A program made the translations under genes and the position numbers. From the NCBI GenBank assembly GCA_034669905.1, contig JAXMOL010000022.1, positions 32,001 through 96,000 on the forward strand: a stretch of 64,000 nucleotides of DNA, in the 5' to 3' direction. Below are positions 29,923-38,323 of this stretch, piece by piece (positions within the stretch are counted from its first letter, which is position 1; each line of letters starts with the position of its first letter). Under the pieces are notes generated by a model, which made no database searches, had not been told where the DNA came from, and saw nothing but the letters and a program-made list of their open reading frames with translations. The stretch comes from Candidatus Hydrogenedentota bacterium. Lineage in GTDB: Bacteria > Hydrogenedentota > Hydrogenedentia > Hydrogenedentales > JAEUWI01.

Positions 29923-31409
29923 GAATCCAGTCCTTTCTCCGCAAACTCCACCGCCCGAAAGAGGGCCTTGGCCTTGTTCTGCGTCTCTTCATATTCCCGG
30001 TCTGGATCACTGTCATACACGATGCCGGCCCCTGCCTGACAATAGGCGGTGCCATCTTTCACGATCATGGTGCGAATGAGGATACAGGTATCCATATCCC
30101 CCGAATAACTGATGTAACCGCAACCACCGGAATAGGGACCCCGCCGCTCCGTTTCCAGTTCGTCGATGATTTGCATGGCCCGAATTTTCGGTGCACCGCT
30201 TACGGTGCCCATGGGAAAGGTCGCTTCCAACGCGTCATAGGCGTCACAATCGTCACGCAGGTCCCCTTCCACTTCGCTGACAATATGCATGACGTGGGAG
30301 TAGCGTTCGATGACCATGCGCTTTCCGGGAACAGGCGCTACCGTGCCGGGCTTGCTGATGCGGCCAATGTCGTTACGCCCCAAATCCAGGAGCATGACAT
30401 GTTCCGCGATTTCTTTTTCGTCGGCCAGCAGATCGACTTCGTAGGCCTGGTCTTCTGCCGCCGTTTTTCCCCGGGGCCGCGTGCCGGCGATGGGGCGCAC
30501 CATGGCCTTCCCTTTGTTTACCCGCGTCATCACTTCCGGACTGGAACCGACGAGGGCGAATTCGGGGAACTGCATGAGCAGCATGTAGGGAGATGGATTA
30601 ATAGAACGGAGAGAGCGATAGAGCGTCACGGGGGCGGCCGTCACGGGGCGCTGAAAACGCTGGGAGAGCACCACCTGAAAGATATCTCCCGCGCAAATGT
30701 ATTCTTTCGCCCGGTTGACCACGTCGCAGAAGGCTTCCCGCGTAAAGTTGGATTGGATATCATTGGGCAAGCCGCTGACGGTGGGCTCGACCATCACGTC
30801 ACTGAGCGGTTGTTTCAACTGGGTTTCCAGCGCTTCGATTTTGGCGACCCCGGTGGCGTAGGCCTTGTCGACGTCTCCGTCAACATGCACATTGGACACG
30901 ATCTTGATTCGATTATTGACATGATCGAAGAGCAGCATCGTATCGGTAATGACGAAATAGAGATCCGGGAGATTGAGGGTATCGGGATTTTCGTCGGGGA
31001 GGGTCTCGAAGAAGCGCACCTGATCGTAGGAGAGATAGCCCACCGCCCCGCCGTGAAACTCCGGCAAACCGGCCATCTCCACCGGCTTATAATCGGCCAT
31101 GACCCGGCGCAATTCGTGGAGGGGCTTTTCCGCGGAGAATGTCGTTTCCTTTCCCCCGCGCTCGATCGTTACCTCGGTACCTTTTGCCCGGAAAATTACC
31201 GACGGATTCGCGCCGATAAACGAGTATTGGCCGAGTGAGCCCGCCTGCTCCACGCTTTCGAGCAGAAAGGCGTGGGACTGGCCCTGGGCAATTTTCATGT
31301 AGGCCGAAACCGGTGTTTCGAGATCGGCGAGGATTTCCTGGTATACCGGCACCACGGCACCGGGTTTGGCCACCTTCCGGAAGTCTTCCAGCGATGGATG
31401 AAGCATCAT
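29919..31409 (-). CDS. trpE: Anthranilate synthase component I
   Basis: DLETPVSAY, LLESVE, GDIFQVVLSQRF, NPSPYM, GSSPE, EHVMLLDLGRND, GTVSGAPKIRAM; start MMLHPS. Confidence 0.93.
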   Translation of the reverse strand: MMLHPSLEDFRKVAKPGAVVPVYQEILADLETPVSAYMKIAQGQSHAFLLESVEQAGSLGQYSFIGANPSVIFRAKGTEVTIERGGKETTFSAEKPLHELRRVMADYKPVEMAGLPEFHGGAVGYLSYDQVRFFETLPDENPDTLNLPDLYFVITDTMLLFDHVNNRIKIVSNVHVDGDVDKAYATGVAKIEALETQLKQPLSDVMVEPTVSGLPNDIQSNFTREAFCDVVNRAKEYICAGDIFQVVLSQRFQRPVTAAPVTLYRSLRSINPSPYMLLMQFPEFALVGSSPEVMTRVNKGKAMVRPIAGTRPRGKTAAEDQAYEVDLLADEKEIAEHVMLLDLGRNDIGRISKPGTVAPVPGKRMVIERYSHVMHIVSEVEGDLRDDCDAYDALEATFPMGTVSGAPKIRAMQIIDELETERRGPYSGGCGYISYSGDMDTCILIRTMIVKDGTAYCQAGAGIVYDSDPDREYEETQNKAKALFRAVEFAEKGLDS

Positions 31410-31443
31410 GTGTTCCCTTATCGTCGTGCCCGAAGGCCGACTC

Positions 31444-31809
31444 TTATTCGGCAGCGACCCCGTCACCGGCCAGGGTGAGGGATTCGTCGTCATTAACGCG
31501 CCGGTAAAAACAACTGGTCTCATTGGTGTGGCAGGTGGGGCCGACCGGATCGCACTGGAGCACGAGGGCATCGCCATCACAATCGATGCGAATATCCTTT
31601 ACGTGGAGCACATTGCCGGACGTTTCGCCCTTAAGCCACAGGGTCTGGCGGGAACGTGACCAGAAGCAGGCTTTCTTTTCTTTGAGCGTAATGCCAAGCG
31701 ACTCACGATTCATGTAGCCCACCATGAGGACCTGTCCGGTTTCATGGTGCTGGATAACGGCACAAACAAGGCCATCTGCGTCGTATTTAAGTAGATCATC
31801 GAGGGTCAT
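31444..31809 (-). CDS. hisI: Phosphoribosyl-AMP cyclohydrolase
   Basis: FWSRSRQTLWLKGETSGN, DCDGDAL, GPTCHTNETSCF. Confidence 0.95.
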   Translation of the reverse strand: MTLDDLLKYDADGLVCAVIQHHETGQVLMVGYMNRESLGITLKEKKACFWSRSRQTLWLKGETSGNVLHVKDIRIDCDGDALVLQCDPVGPTCHTNETSCFYRRVNDDESLTLAGDGVAAE

Positions 31810-31901
31810 GGTGTACGCTCCTTTACGCGAGGCAACCCCTTACGGGGAAGATTCAGGTACTTCTTGGGGTATAAAAAGGGAAAGGGCAGGTTGAGGGGTG
31901 C

Positions 31902-31958
31902 TCAGCCGCAGACAGAGTGAAGACGCCATCGAAAACGCTCAGGGTATCGATGTTGCAT
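31902..31958 (-). CDS. Putative 18-aa leader peptide MQHRYPERFRWRLHSVCG
   Basis: Hand translation; RBS AAGGGAG 8 nt before ATG; lies upstream of hisI-trpE-trpG and is followed by a pyrimidine/U-rich tract. Confidence 0.5.
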   Translation of the reverse strand: MQHRYPERFRWRLHSVCG

Positions 31959-32114
31959 GCTATTCACTCCCTTATCAATCAGTAGGTGGCGGGCGGATTT
32001 GCGTTCTACCTGACTATGCTCTATGCGCACCGGAATCCTGGAAACCCCGATTCAACGGCATCGACGCGGGTGCGAAAGCACCACAGCACAAGGACTTGCC
32101 CACGCGAAACGCCA

Positions 32115-32882
32115 CTAGGATCGCACAGGAACGCCGTGTTTTGCAAGGTAATCACGGGCATCCTGGATGGAGTATTCCTGAAAATGGAAGATAGAGGCGG
32201 CCAGGGCGGCGTCAGCCTTTCCCTCTACCAAGGCTTCTCGAAGGTGCTCCAGGTTTCCCGCACCACCACTGGCGATCACGGGAATGCCCACCGCTTCGGC
32301 GATGGCGCTGGTCAAGGCAATATCGTAGCCATCCTTGGTGCCATCGGCATCCATGCAGGTCAGCAGGATCTCACCTGCCCCCCGTGACTCCACCTCTTTG
32401 GCCCAGGCAATGGGCTCGAGGGCCGTGGCGCGCCCCCCTTCCCGGCCCCCGTGGCTCTTCACAATATAAGAACCATCTTCCTGCTTCTTGGCATCTATGG
32501 CCACGACGATACACTGGGAACCAAAGCGCGATGCGGCTTCGTTGACAAAATCAGGGTCTTGAATGGCCGGGGTATTGATGGAAACTTTATCGGCCCCTGC
32601 GTTCAGCATCCGGCGGATATCGTCTTGCTTCCGTATTCCGCCTCCCACGCATAAGGGCATAAAGACCTGTTCCGCCGTACGAGACACCACGTCCAGCATG
32701 GTATTGCGGTCATCGGTCGACGCCTGAATATCCAGGAACACGAGTTCGTCGGCCCCTTCCGCATCGTAACGACGGGCGATCTCTACGGGATCACCGGCGT
32801 CGCGCAGCCCCAGAAACTGGACCCCCTTCACGACCCGGCCATCGGCCACATCGAGACAGGGAATGATTCGTTTTGTCAGCAT
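32115..32882 (-). CDS. hisF: Imidazole glycerol phosphate synthase cyclase subunit
   Basis: [46 protein letters not shown]. Confidence 0.97.
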   Translation of the reverse strand: MLTKRIIPCLDVADGRVVKGVQFLGLRDAGDPVEIARRYDAEGADELVFLDIQASTDDRNTMLDVVSRTAEQVFMPLCVGGGIRKQDDIRRMLNAGADKVSINTPAIQDPDFVNEAASRFGSQCIVVAIDAKKQEDGSYIVKSHGGREGGRATALEPIAWAKEVESRGAGEILLTCMDADGTKDGYDIALTSAIAEAVGIPVIASGGAGNLEHLREALVEGKADAALAASIFHFQEYSIQDARDYLAKHGVPVRS

Positions 32883-32919
32883 GTTCTACTCCCGCAACCC
32901 CTGGGGCTGCATATGAAAT

Positions 32920-32947
32920 ACCCGGGGCGTGGAAAGCCACGCTCCGG
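32920..32947 (-). terminator. Strong GC hairpin, possible terminator after amaP-like gene
   Basis: CCCGGGGCGTGG-aaag-CCACGCTCCGGG; weak U-tract. Confidence 0.5.
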
Positions 32948-32981
32948 GCACGGTACTACACTTACTAGCGCGAACCCGGGC

Positions 32982-34505
32982 CTAGTTGAACCAGCCCCAG
33001 CTCTTCTTTTCGCCTTCTTTTTCTTCTTCCCCTGCAGCCGTAGTCTCGTCGGTCACGTCGGTCGTAGCGTCATCGCTCGCCACCTCGGTGTCCATTTCGC
33101 CGAACACGGAGTCCGAGGATTCTTCCACGCTATCGTCGGTGGCCTCGTCTTGTGCCTCACCGTCGCCTTCTGTTTCGGCGTCGTCTTCCGCCGTATCCGC
33201 ATCCGCTGCGGTATCCTCGGCGGGGGTGCTATCCGACTCCAGGGGCGCCCAGGGCGAGTTGGGTGCCGGGGCTGCCTCTTCCACCTCCGGGATGGCCTCT
33301 TCGGCTTCCGGCACATCTTCCGCCAGGGACGACTCCTCCACCACCAATTCTTCGGCAGCTTCCTCGGCCGCAGGCAACCCATCCGTTGGGTCGGAGGATT
33401 CATTTTCTGCACCGTAGAGAGAAGCCGTCTGGGCCTCGTCGGGCACTTCTACGCCTCCCTCTTCTTCGTACTCGGTGTCATCTTCGTCGCTCGCAACGTC
33501 ATCTTCACCATCGTCACTCAGATCACCCAAGGGCTCGGGGATGACGGAAGCATTGGCCGCGCTACCTTCGACCGTTTTCTCGACGACGTCAGGGACTTCT
33601 CCATCCCTTTCTTCGTCTTCTTCGGTTGCTTCGGAGGGCGCTTCTTCCCCTTCCTCTTCGCCGGAGCCATGAAGACTCAGGGGCTCAAGCAATTCTGACC
33701 GTGCTGCGGCCTGACGGGAGTCTTCCTCAGCGGAATCCACGGCACTGGCCTCCATGGCCGTGTCGCCCCCCACTTCCTCTTCCATCTCTTCTTCAATGGG
33801 GCCACTTCCCAGCGGCTGCCCGGGAGCGGAAAGGGCCATGGGCTTCGGGGCCGCTTCGAGCAATTCAACCGGCGCATTACCCGAGTGGCTGAGGCTCTCC
33901 TTGCGGATCTCCTTGCTCGACTTGCGGGTATTGACGTTGATAGCTTTCACATTCAGTTCGATGGTGGCCAGCTCTTCCAGCCCCAGCATTTTGGTGGCTG
34001 TCTCGGCGATGTAGTCACTCACGAGACCGGCGATAGCGCGGGCATTCTGGCCCGGCTGATGTTGCAATACCGCGTCCGCCTTGATGAGGGCACTGCGCCC
34101 ACCATCGCGGGGTTCGACATGTACGTCAATCTTCTTCACTTCGGGCATCCGCACGAGCACGCGGTTCAGCGACTGCTCGACTGTATCCAGCTCGATCTGG
34201 ACCAGACCATGGGGCCCGTCATAGGAAATCCGCTTGGACTTCTTCCACTTGGAGATCCGGGGAAAGAGCCCATAGGCACCAAAAACGAAGGCGATAATAG
34301 AGCCAATGAGCCAAAGAATCCGTACTTCCAGGAGCCCCTTCGCCCAGGCCATATTCTCGGGTAACTCTTGTTGCCACTGGGTCAACTGAGCAGGAAGTTG
34401 CGCGATATAGTCCGTCACCGGAGCAAAGCCCAGATAAAAGGCAAGCGACAGTGCGCCCAGGCACAGCACCACGAGGCTCAGCAGCTTCAGGATGAACAGT
34501 TTCAT
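32982..34505 (-). CDS. AmaP-like (alkaline-shock membrane anchor) protein with very long acidic tail
   Basis: Two TM helices, GLVQIELDTVEQSL..MPEVKK..LGLEELATIELNV segment, position downstream of accBC; about 270 aa Asp/Glu-rich tail. Confidence 0.65.
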   Translation of the reverse strand: MKLFILKLLSLVVLCLGALSLAFYLGFAPVTDYIAQLPAQLTQWQQELPENMAWAKGLLEVRILWLIGSIIAFVFGAYGLFPRISKWKKSKRISYDGPHGLVQIELDTVEQSLNRVLVRMPEVKKIDVHVEPRDGGRSALIKADAVLQHQPGQNARAIAGLVSDYIAETATKMLGLEELATIELNVKAINVNTRKSSKEIRKESLSHSGNAPVELLEAAPKPMALSAPGQPLGSGPIEEEMEEEVGGDTAMEASAVDSAEEDSRQAAARSELLEPLSLHGSGEEEGEEAPSEATEEDEERDGEVPDVVEKTVEGSAANASVIPEPLGDLSDDGEDDVASDEDDTEYEEEGGVEVPDEAQTASLYGAENESSDPTDGLPAAEEAAEELVVEESSLAEDVPEAEEAIPEVEEAAPAPNSPWAPLESDSTPAEDTAADADTAEDDAETEGDGEAQDEATDDSVEESSDSVFGEMDTEVASDDATTDVTDETTAAGEEEKEGEKKSWGWFN

Positions 34506-34680
34506 TGGACTTGCTCCTTTTCAAGCAATCGTTTGCGAGGCACCCCATCGGGGCCATACAGCATCCGCCTCGGCGCTTGCACATCCGATGCGCAGGCACC
34601 CCAATCGATTATCGATCCGTCGACATTCCGTCTATCGCACCGTCCCAAGCTGACCATTGCCCGTAATGAATCCCGCCGAC

Positions 34681-36024
34681 CTAACCGTTCGTATTTACAT
34701 ACTCATCGATCAAGTCCGGGCCCAAATCACCCCGGCGGAAACGGTCTCCCCGAACAATGCGGGCGCACAACTTGGCGGTTGTACTGACGCCTTCGACGAT
34801 AAATTCATCTAAGGCCCCCCCCAGGCGCTCAATGGCCTGATCCCGGTCTTTGCCTGTCGCGATGACCTTGGCCAAGAGCGAGTCGTAGTACCGCGGCACT
34901 TCGTAACCGGCAAAGAGATGGGTATCGACACGAACTCCCGGTCCCCCGGGCATGTGACAACTCTTCACTATCCCTGGACTCGGCATAAAGTTCCGTTCAG
35001 GGTCTTCCGCGTACACGCGCGCTTCGATGGCGGCCCCTTCGGGCTTGACCGAACTGTACCCGAGGGGTTCCCCGGACGCGATGCGCAGCTGCTCGCGGAC
35101 CAGATCGATACCCGTCACCTGCTCGGTTACGGGGTGCTCTACCTGGATGCGGGCATTGAACTCGATGAAATAGAACTGGCCGTTGGGGGCCAGCAGGAAT
35201 TCCACCGTGCCTGCATTGGTATAGTTGATCGCCCTGGCGGCCTTGAGCGCCGCTTTGGACATCTTCGAGCGTAGCGAACTGGAAAGGGCCACAGAAGGCG
35301 ACTCTTCGATCAGTTTCTGGTGGCGACGCTGGATACTACATTCGCGCTCACCGAGGGTCACGATTTTACCGTGCTCATCCGCCAGCACCTGGATTTCCAC
35401 GTGGCGGGCATTATCCACGAATTTCTCGAGGTAAACCCCGCCATCGCCGAAGGCTGCAGCGGCCTCGTTGGATGCCATGGTAATGGAGTGCTTGAGGGTG
35501 GCGTCGTTGTGGGCAATACGCATGCCCTTACCACCACCGCCTGCGGCCGCCTTCACCAGGAGGGGGTAGCCAATATCCTTGGCCAGCTCCAGGACTTCGT
35601 CCGGGTCGGTGATGAGCCCTTCACTACCGGGCACCACGGGCACGCCAGCGGCTTTCACCGCCGCACGACAGGCAGCCTTGTCACCGCTGAGCGAGATGGC
35701 TTCGGGGGATGGCCCGATAAATTTAATATTGCAGTCCGCACAGATATTCGCGAACTTGGTGCTTTCGGAAAGAAAGCCATACCCCGGATGGATACCCTGG
35801 GCGTCCGTAATCTCGGCTGCCGAAATGATGCTCGGAATATGGAGATAGCTCTTATTAGGCTCGGGGGGACCGATACAGATACTCTCGTCCGCCAACGCGG
35901 CGTGGAGGGAATCTTCGTCGGCCGTCGAGTAGACCGCGATGGACGTAATGCCCATCTCGCGGCACGCTCGAATTACCCGGACGGCGATTTCGCCCCGGTT
36001 TGCAATGAGTACGCGTCGCAACAT
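34681..36024 (-). CDS. accC: Acetyl-CoA carboxylase biotin carboxylase
   Basis: MLRRVLIANRGEIA, HPGYGFLSE, GGGGKGMR, ECSIQRRHQK, RIQVEHPVTE. Confidence 0.96.
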   Translation of the reverse strand: MLRRVLIANRGEIAVRVIRACREMGITSIAVYSTADEDSLHAALADESICIGPPEPNKSYLHIPSIISAAEITDAQGIHPGYGFLSESTKFANICADCNIKFIGPSPEAISLSGDKAACRAAVKAAGVPVVPGSEGLITDPDEVLELAKDIGYPLLVKAAAGGGGKGMRIAHNDATLKHSITMASNEAAAAFGDGGVYLEKFVDNARHVEIQVLADEHGKIVTLGERECSIQRRHQKLIEESPSVALSSSLRSKMSKAALKAARAINYTNAGTVEFLLAPNGQFYFIEFNARIQVEHPVTEQVTGIDLVREQLRIASGEPLGYSSVKPEGAAIEARVYAEDPERNFMPSPGIVKSCHMPGGPGVRVDTHLFAGYEVPRYYDSLLAKVIATGKDRDQAIERLGGALDEFIVEGVSTTAKLCARIVRGDRFRRGDLGPDLIDEYVNTNG

Positions 36025-36046
36025 AGTGGTGGCTCTTTCGTCTTCG

Positions 36047-36526
36047 TCAGGAGGCGGGGCGGATGGCGAACAGGGGCTGGCCGAATTCGACGGGCTCCCC
36101 ATTTTCTACGAGAACGCGTTCCACTTTACCGGCTACTTTAGCCGCCACTTCATTCATGATTTTCATGGCTTCCACGATGCAGACCGTCTGCTCGGCACCG
36201 ATGCTGTCGCCTACTTGCACATAAGAGGGCTCACCGGGCGCCGGGCACACATAAAAGGTGCCTACCATGGGCGAATCAACCGTAATCAACCCTTCGTCGG
36301 CCAGGGAGGCCTCGGCAGGCGCTTCCGCTGCCGGGGCAACCGGAGCCGACGCTGCGGGTGCTGCCGGGGCGGCAACCGCGATCGGGGCCGGGGCCGGAGC
36401 CGCCGTCACATAGGATTCGCTGCGCTTGGTCAGGCGAATCCGGTGGCCTTCTTCTTCGATTTCCAATTCAGACAGCTCGGATGATTCCAACAAGCTGATT
36501 AATTCTTTGACGTCTGTCAAGTCCAC
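36047..36526 (-). CDS. accB: Biotin carboxyl carrier protein
   Basis: Ala/Pro linker, SPMVGTFY, EAMKIMNE. Confidence 0.96.
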   Translation of the reverse strand: MDLTDVKELISLLESSELSELEIEEEGHRIRLTKRSESYVTAAPAPAPIAVAAPAAPAASAPVAPAAEAPAEASLADEGLITVDSPMVGTFYVCPAPGEPSYVQVGDSIGAEQTVCIVEAMKIMNEVAAKVAGKVERVLVENGEPVEFGQPLFAIRPAS

Positions 36527-36604
36527 GAAACTTACCCTCCATCATGGACGGTGCAAGTGGTTAAAGTCCCTCAACCCAACCCATTGCACCGGCTTAGCAG
36601 CAAC

Positions 36605-37171
36605 TCAATTGTTGATGCGTTCCAGATAATCGCCTGTGCGCGTATCCACTTTGACCACATCCCCTTCTTCCAGGAAGAGGGGAACTTGAATGGTGACACC
36701 GGTTTCCAGCGTAGCGGGTTTCGTCGCGCCAGAAGAACGGTCGCCCTGCACACCAGGATCCGATTCGGTAATGGTTAACTCTACACTGAGCGGCACGTTC
36801 AAGGCGATGGCCTTGCCGTTGTGGAAGAGGATGGTTACGTTGGAATTTTCTTTCATCCAACGGGCATTCTCGTCCACGAGTTCCTTGCCCACTTCAAGCT
36901 GCTCAAAGGTCTCATTGTGCATGAAGTGAAAAAGGTCGCCGTCATTATACAGATACTGCCACGTCTGAGATTCGACGCGGGCTTCTTCAAATTTTTCACC
37001 GGAACGGTAGGTCTTTTCGATGACCCGCCCCGAGAGGAGATACTTAAACTTGGTCCGCACGAAAGCCGGGCCTTTGCCGGGCTTTACATGCTGAAACTCG
37101 ACGATTTCCATCAGGCCCTTGTCACTCTCTACGACAAGTCCGTTGCGAAAATCGGATGTTGAAATGCTCAT
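36605..37171 (-). CDS. efp: Translation elongation factor P
   Basis: QHVKPGKGPAFVRTK, KPATLETG, VDTRTGDYLER. Confidence 0.97.
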   Translation of the reverse strand: MSISTSDFRNGLVVESDKGLMEIVEFQHVKPGKGPAFVRTKFKYLLSGRVIEKTYRSGEKFEEARVESQTWQYLYNDGDLFHFMHNETFEQLEVGKELVDENARWMKENSNVTILFHNGKAIALNVPLSVELTITESDPGVQGDRSSGATKPATLETGVTIQVPLFLEEGDVVKVDTRTGDYLERINN

Positions 37172-38241
37172 TATGCGAGTACCTTCAATTCCTTCGGAAG
37201 CTGTGTCAGAATTTCACAGCCCGACTCTGTGACCAATACCAAGTCTTCAATACGCACCCCACCCTTCCCCGGCAGATAGATTCCCGGCTCGACCGTTACG
37301 GCCATACCGGCTTCCAGAATGGTGTCGGAATGCTGGTTCAATCGTGGTGCTTCGTGGATTTCCAATCCGACGCCGTGCCCAAGACCATGACCAAAGTATT
37401 TGCCATAGCCCGCATCGGAAATTATGTCCCGTGCGACGGCGTCCACCTCACGACAAGGGACGCCGGGCCGTATTGCGTCAAGCGCGGCCAATTGGGCGGT
37501 AAGGGTGACATGGTAGATCTCGTCAAACCATGCTCCGGGGATGGTACCGAATACAAATGTTCGAGTCAAGTCAGAACAGTAACTTTCGAGAATACAGCCC
37601 AGATCCAAAAGGACGATATCACCGTGTTCCAGCCCCTTTTTACCGGGCATTCCGTGGGGTAGTGAACTGCGGGAGCCGAAGAGGGCGATGGGGTCGAAAG
37701 AGGCGCCCGAGGCCCCCCGTTTTTTAAATTCAAACTCCAACTGGGCCACAAATTCGGCTTCGGTAATGCCGGGTTGCAGGGTGGGAATCAGGGAAGCCAG
37801 GGCGGCCTCGGCGAGGGCCGTGGAGGCCCGGAGTTTTTCCTGCTCCTCAGGAGACTTCACCTGACGGGCATTCACACCAAGGCCCTCCAGGGGGCAAAGG
37901 GACGCGCCCAGCGCTTTTTCCAACCGCATGCTCTGGGCGAGTGAGAGGGTGCCAGGTTCCACGGCAACCCGTTTTGTCCCGAGTCGGGCCATGTATTCAC
38001 CGGCCTTCACCTCGATGCTGCCCGCGACTTCCTCAACTTCAAATCCGGTCACCTGCTCCCCGGCCTGTTCGGTATAGCGGAAATCGCAGAGAAACACCGC
38101 TTCCTTCGGGGTTACGAGGACGGCCGAGGTGCTGCCTCGAAATCCCGTGAGATATTCATTTGCAGGGGGGAAAAAACTAACAAAACCATCACAATCATGG
38201 GTCGAAAGTTCAGCGCGCAGGGCGTCTAAGCGTGCCGTCAT
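37171..38241 (-). CDS. Xaa-Pro peptidase (M24B)
   Basis: YLTGFRGS, DFRY, SSLPHG, YCSDLTRT, HGLGHGVGLEIHE, EPGIY, GVRIED. Confidence 0.93.
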   Translation of the reverse strand: MTARLDALRAELSTHDCDGFVSFFPPANEYLTGFRGSTSAVLVTPKEAVFLCDFRYTEQAGEQVTGFEVEEVAGSIEVKAGEYMARLGTKRVAVEPGTLSLAQSMRLEKALGASLCPLEGLGVNARQVKSPEEQEKLRASTALAEAALASLIPTLQPGITEAEFVAQLEFEFKKRGASGASFDPIALFGSRSSLPHGMPGKKGLEHGDIVLLDLGCILESYCSDLTRTFVFGTIPGAWFDEIYHVTLTAQLAALDAIRPGVPCREVDAVARDIISDAGYGKYFGHGLGHGVGLEIHEAPRLNQHSDTILEAGMAVTVEPGIYLPGKGGVRIEDLVLVTESGCEILTQLPKELKVLA

Positions 38242-38323
38242 GAAGTCATCCTTCTAAAGCAATACCAAGGCAAAGTTCAGTAACTCCAACGAGTTAGCAC
38301 CCCATCATACGGGTGCATGGACC

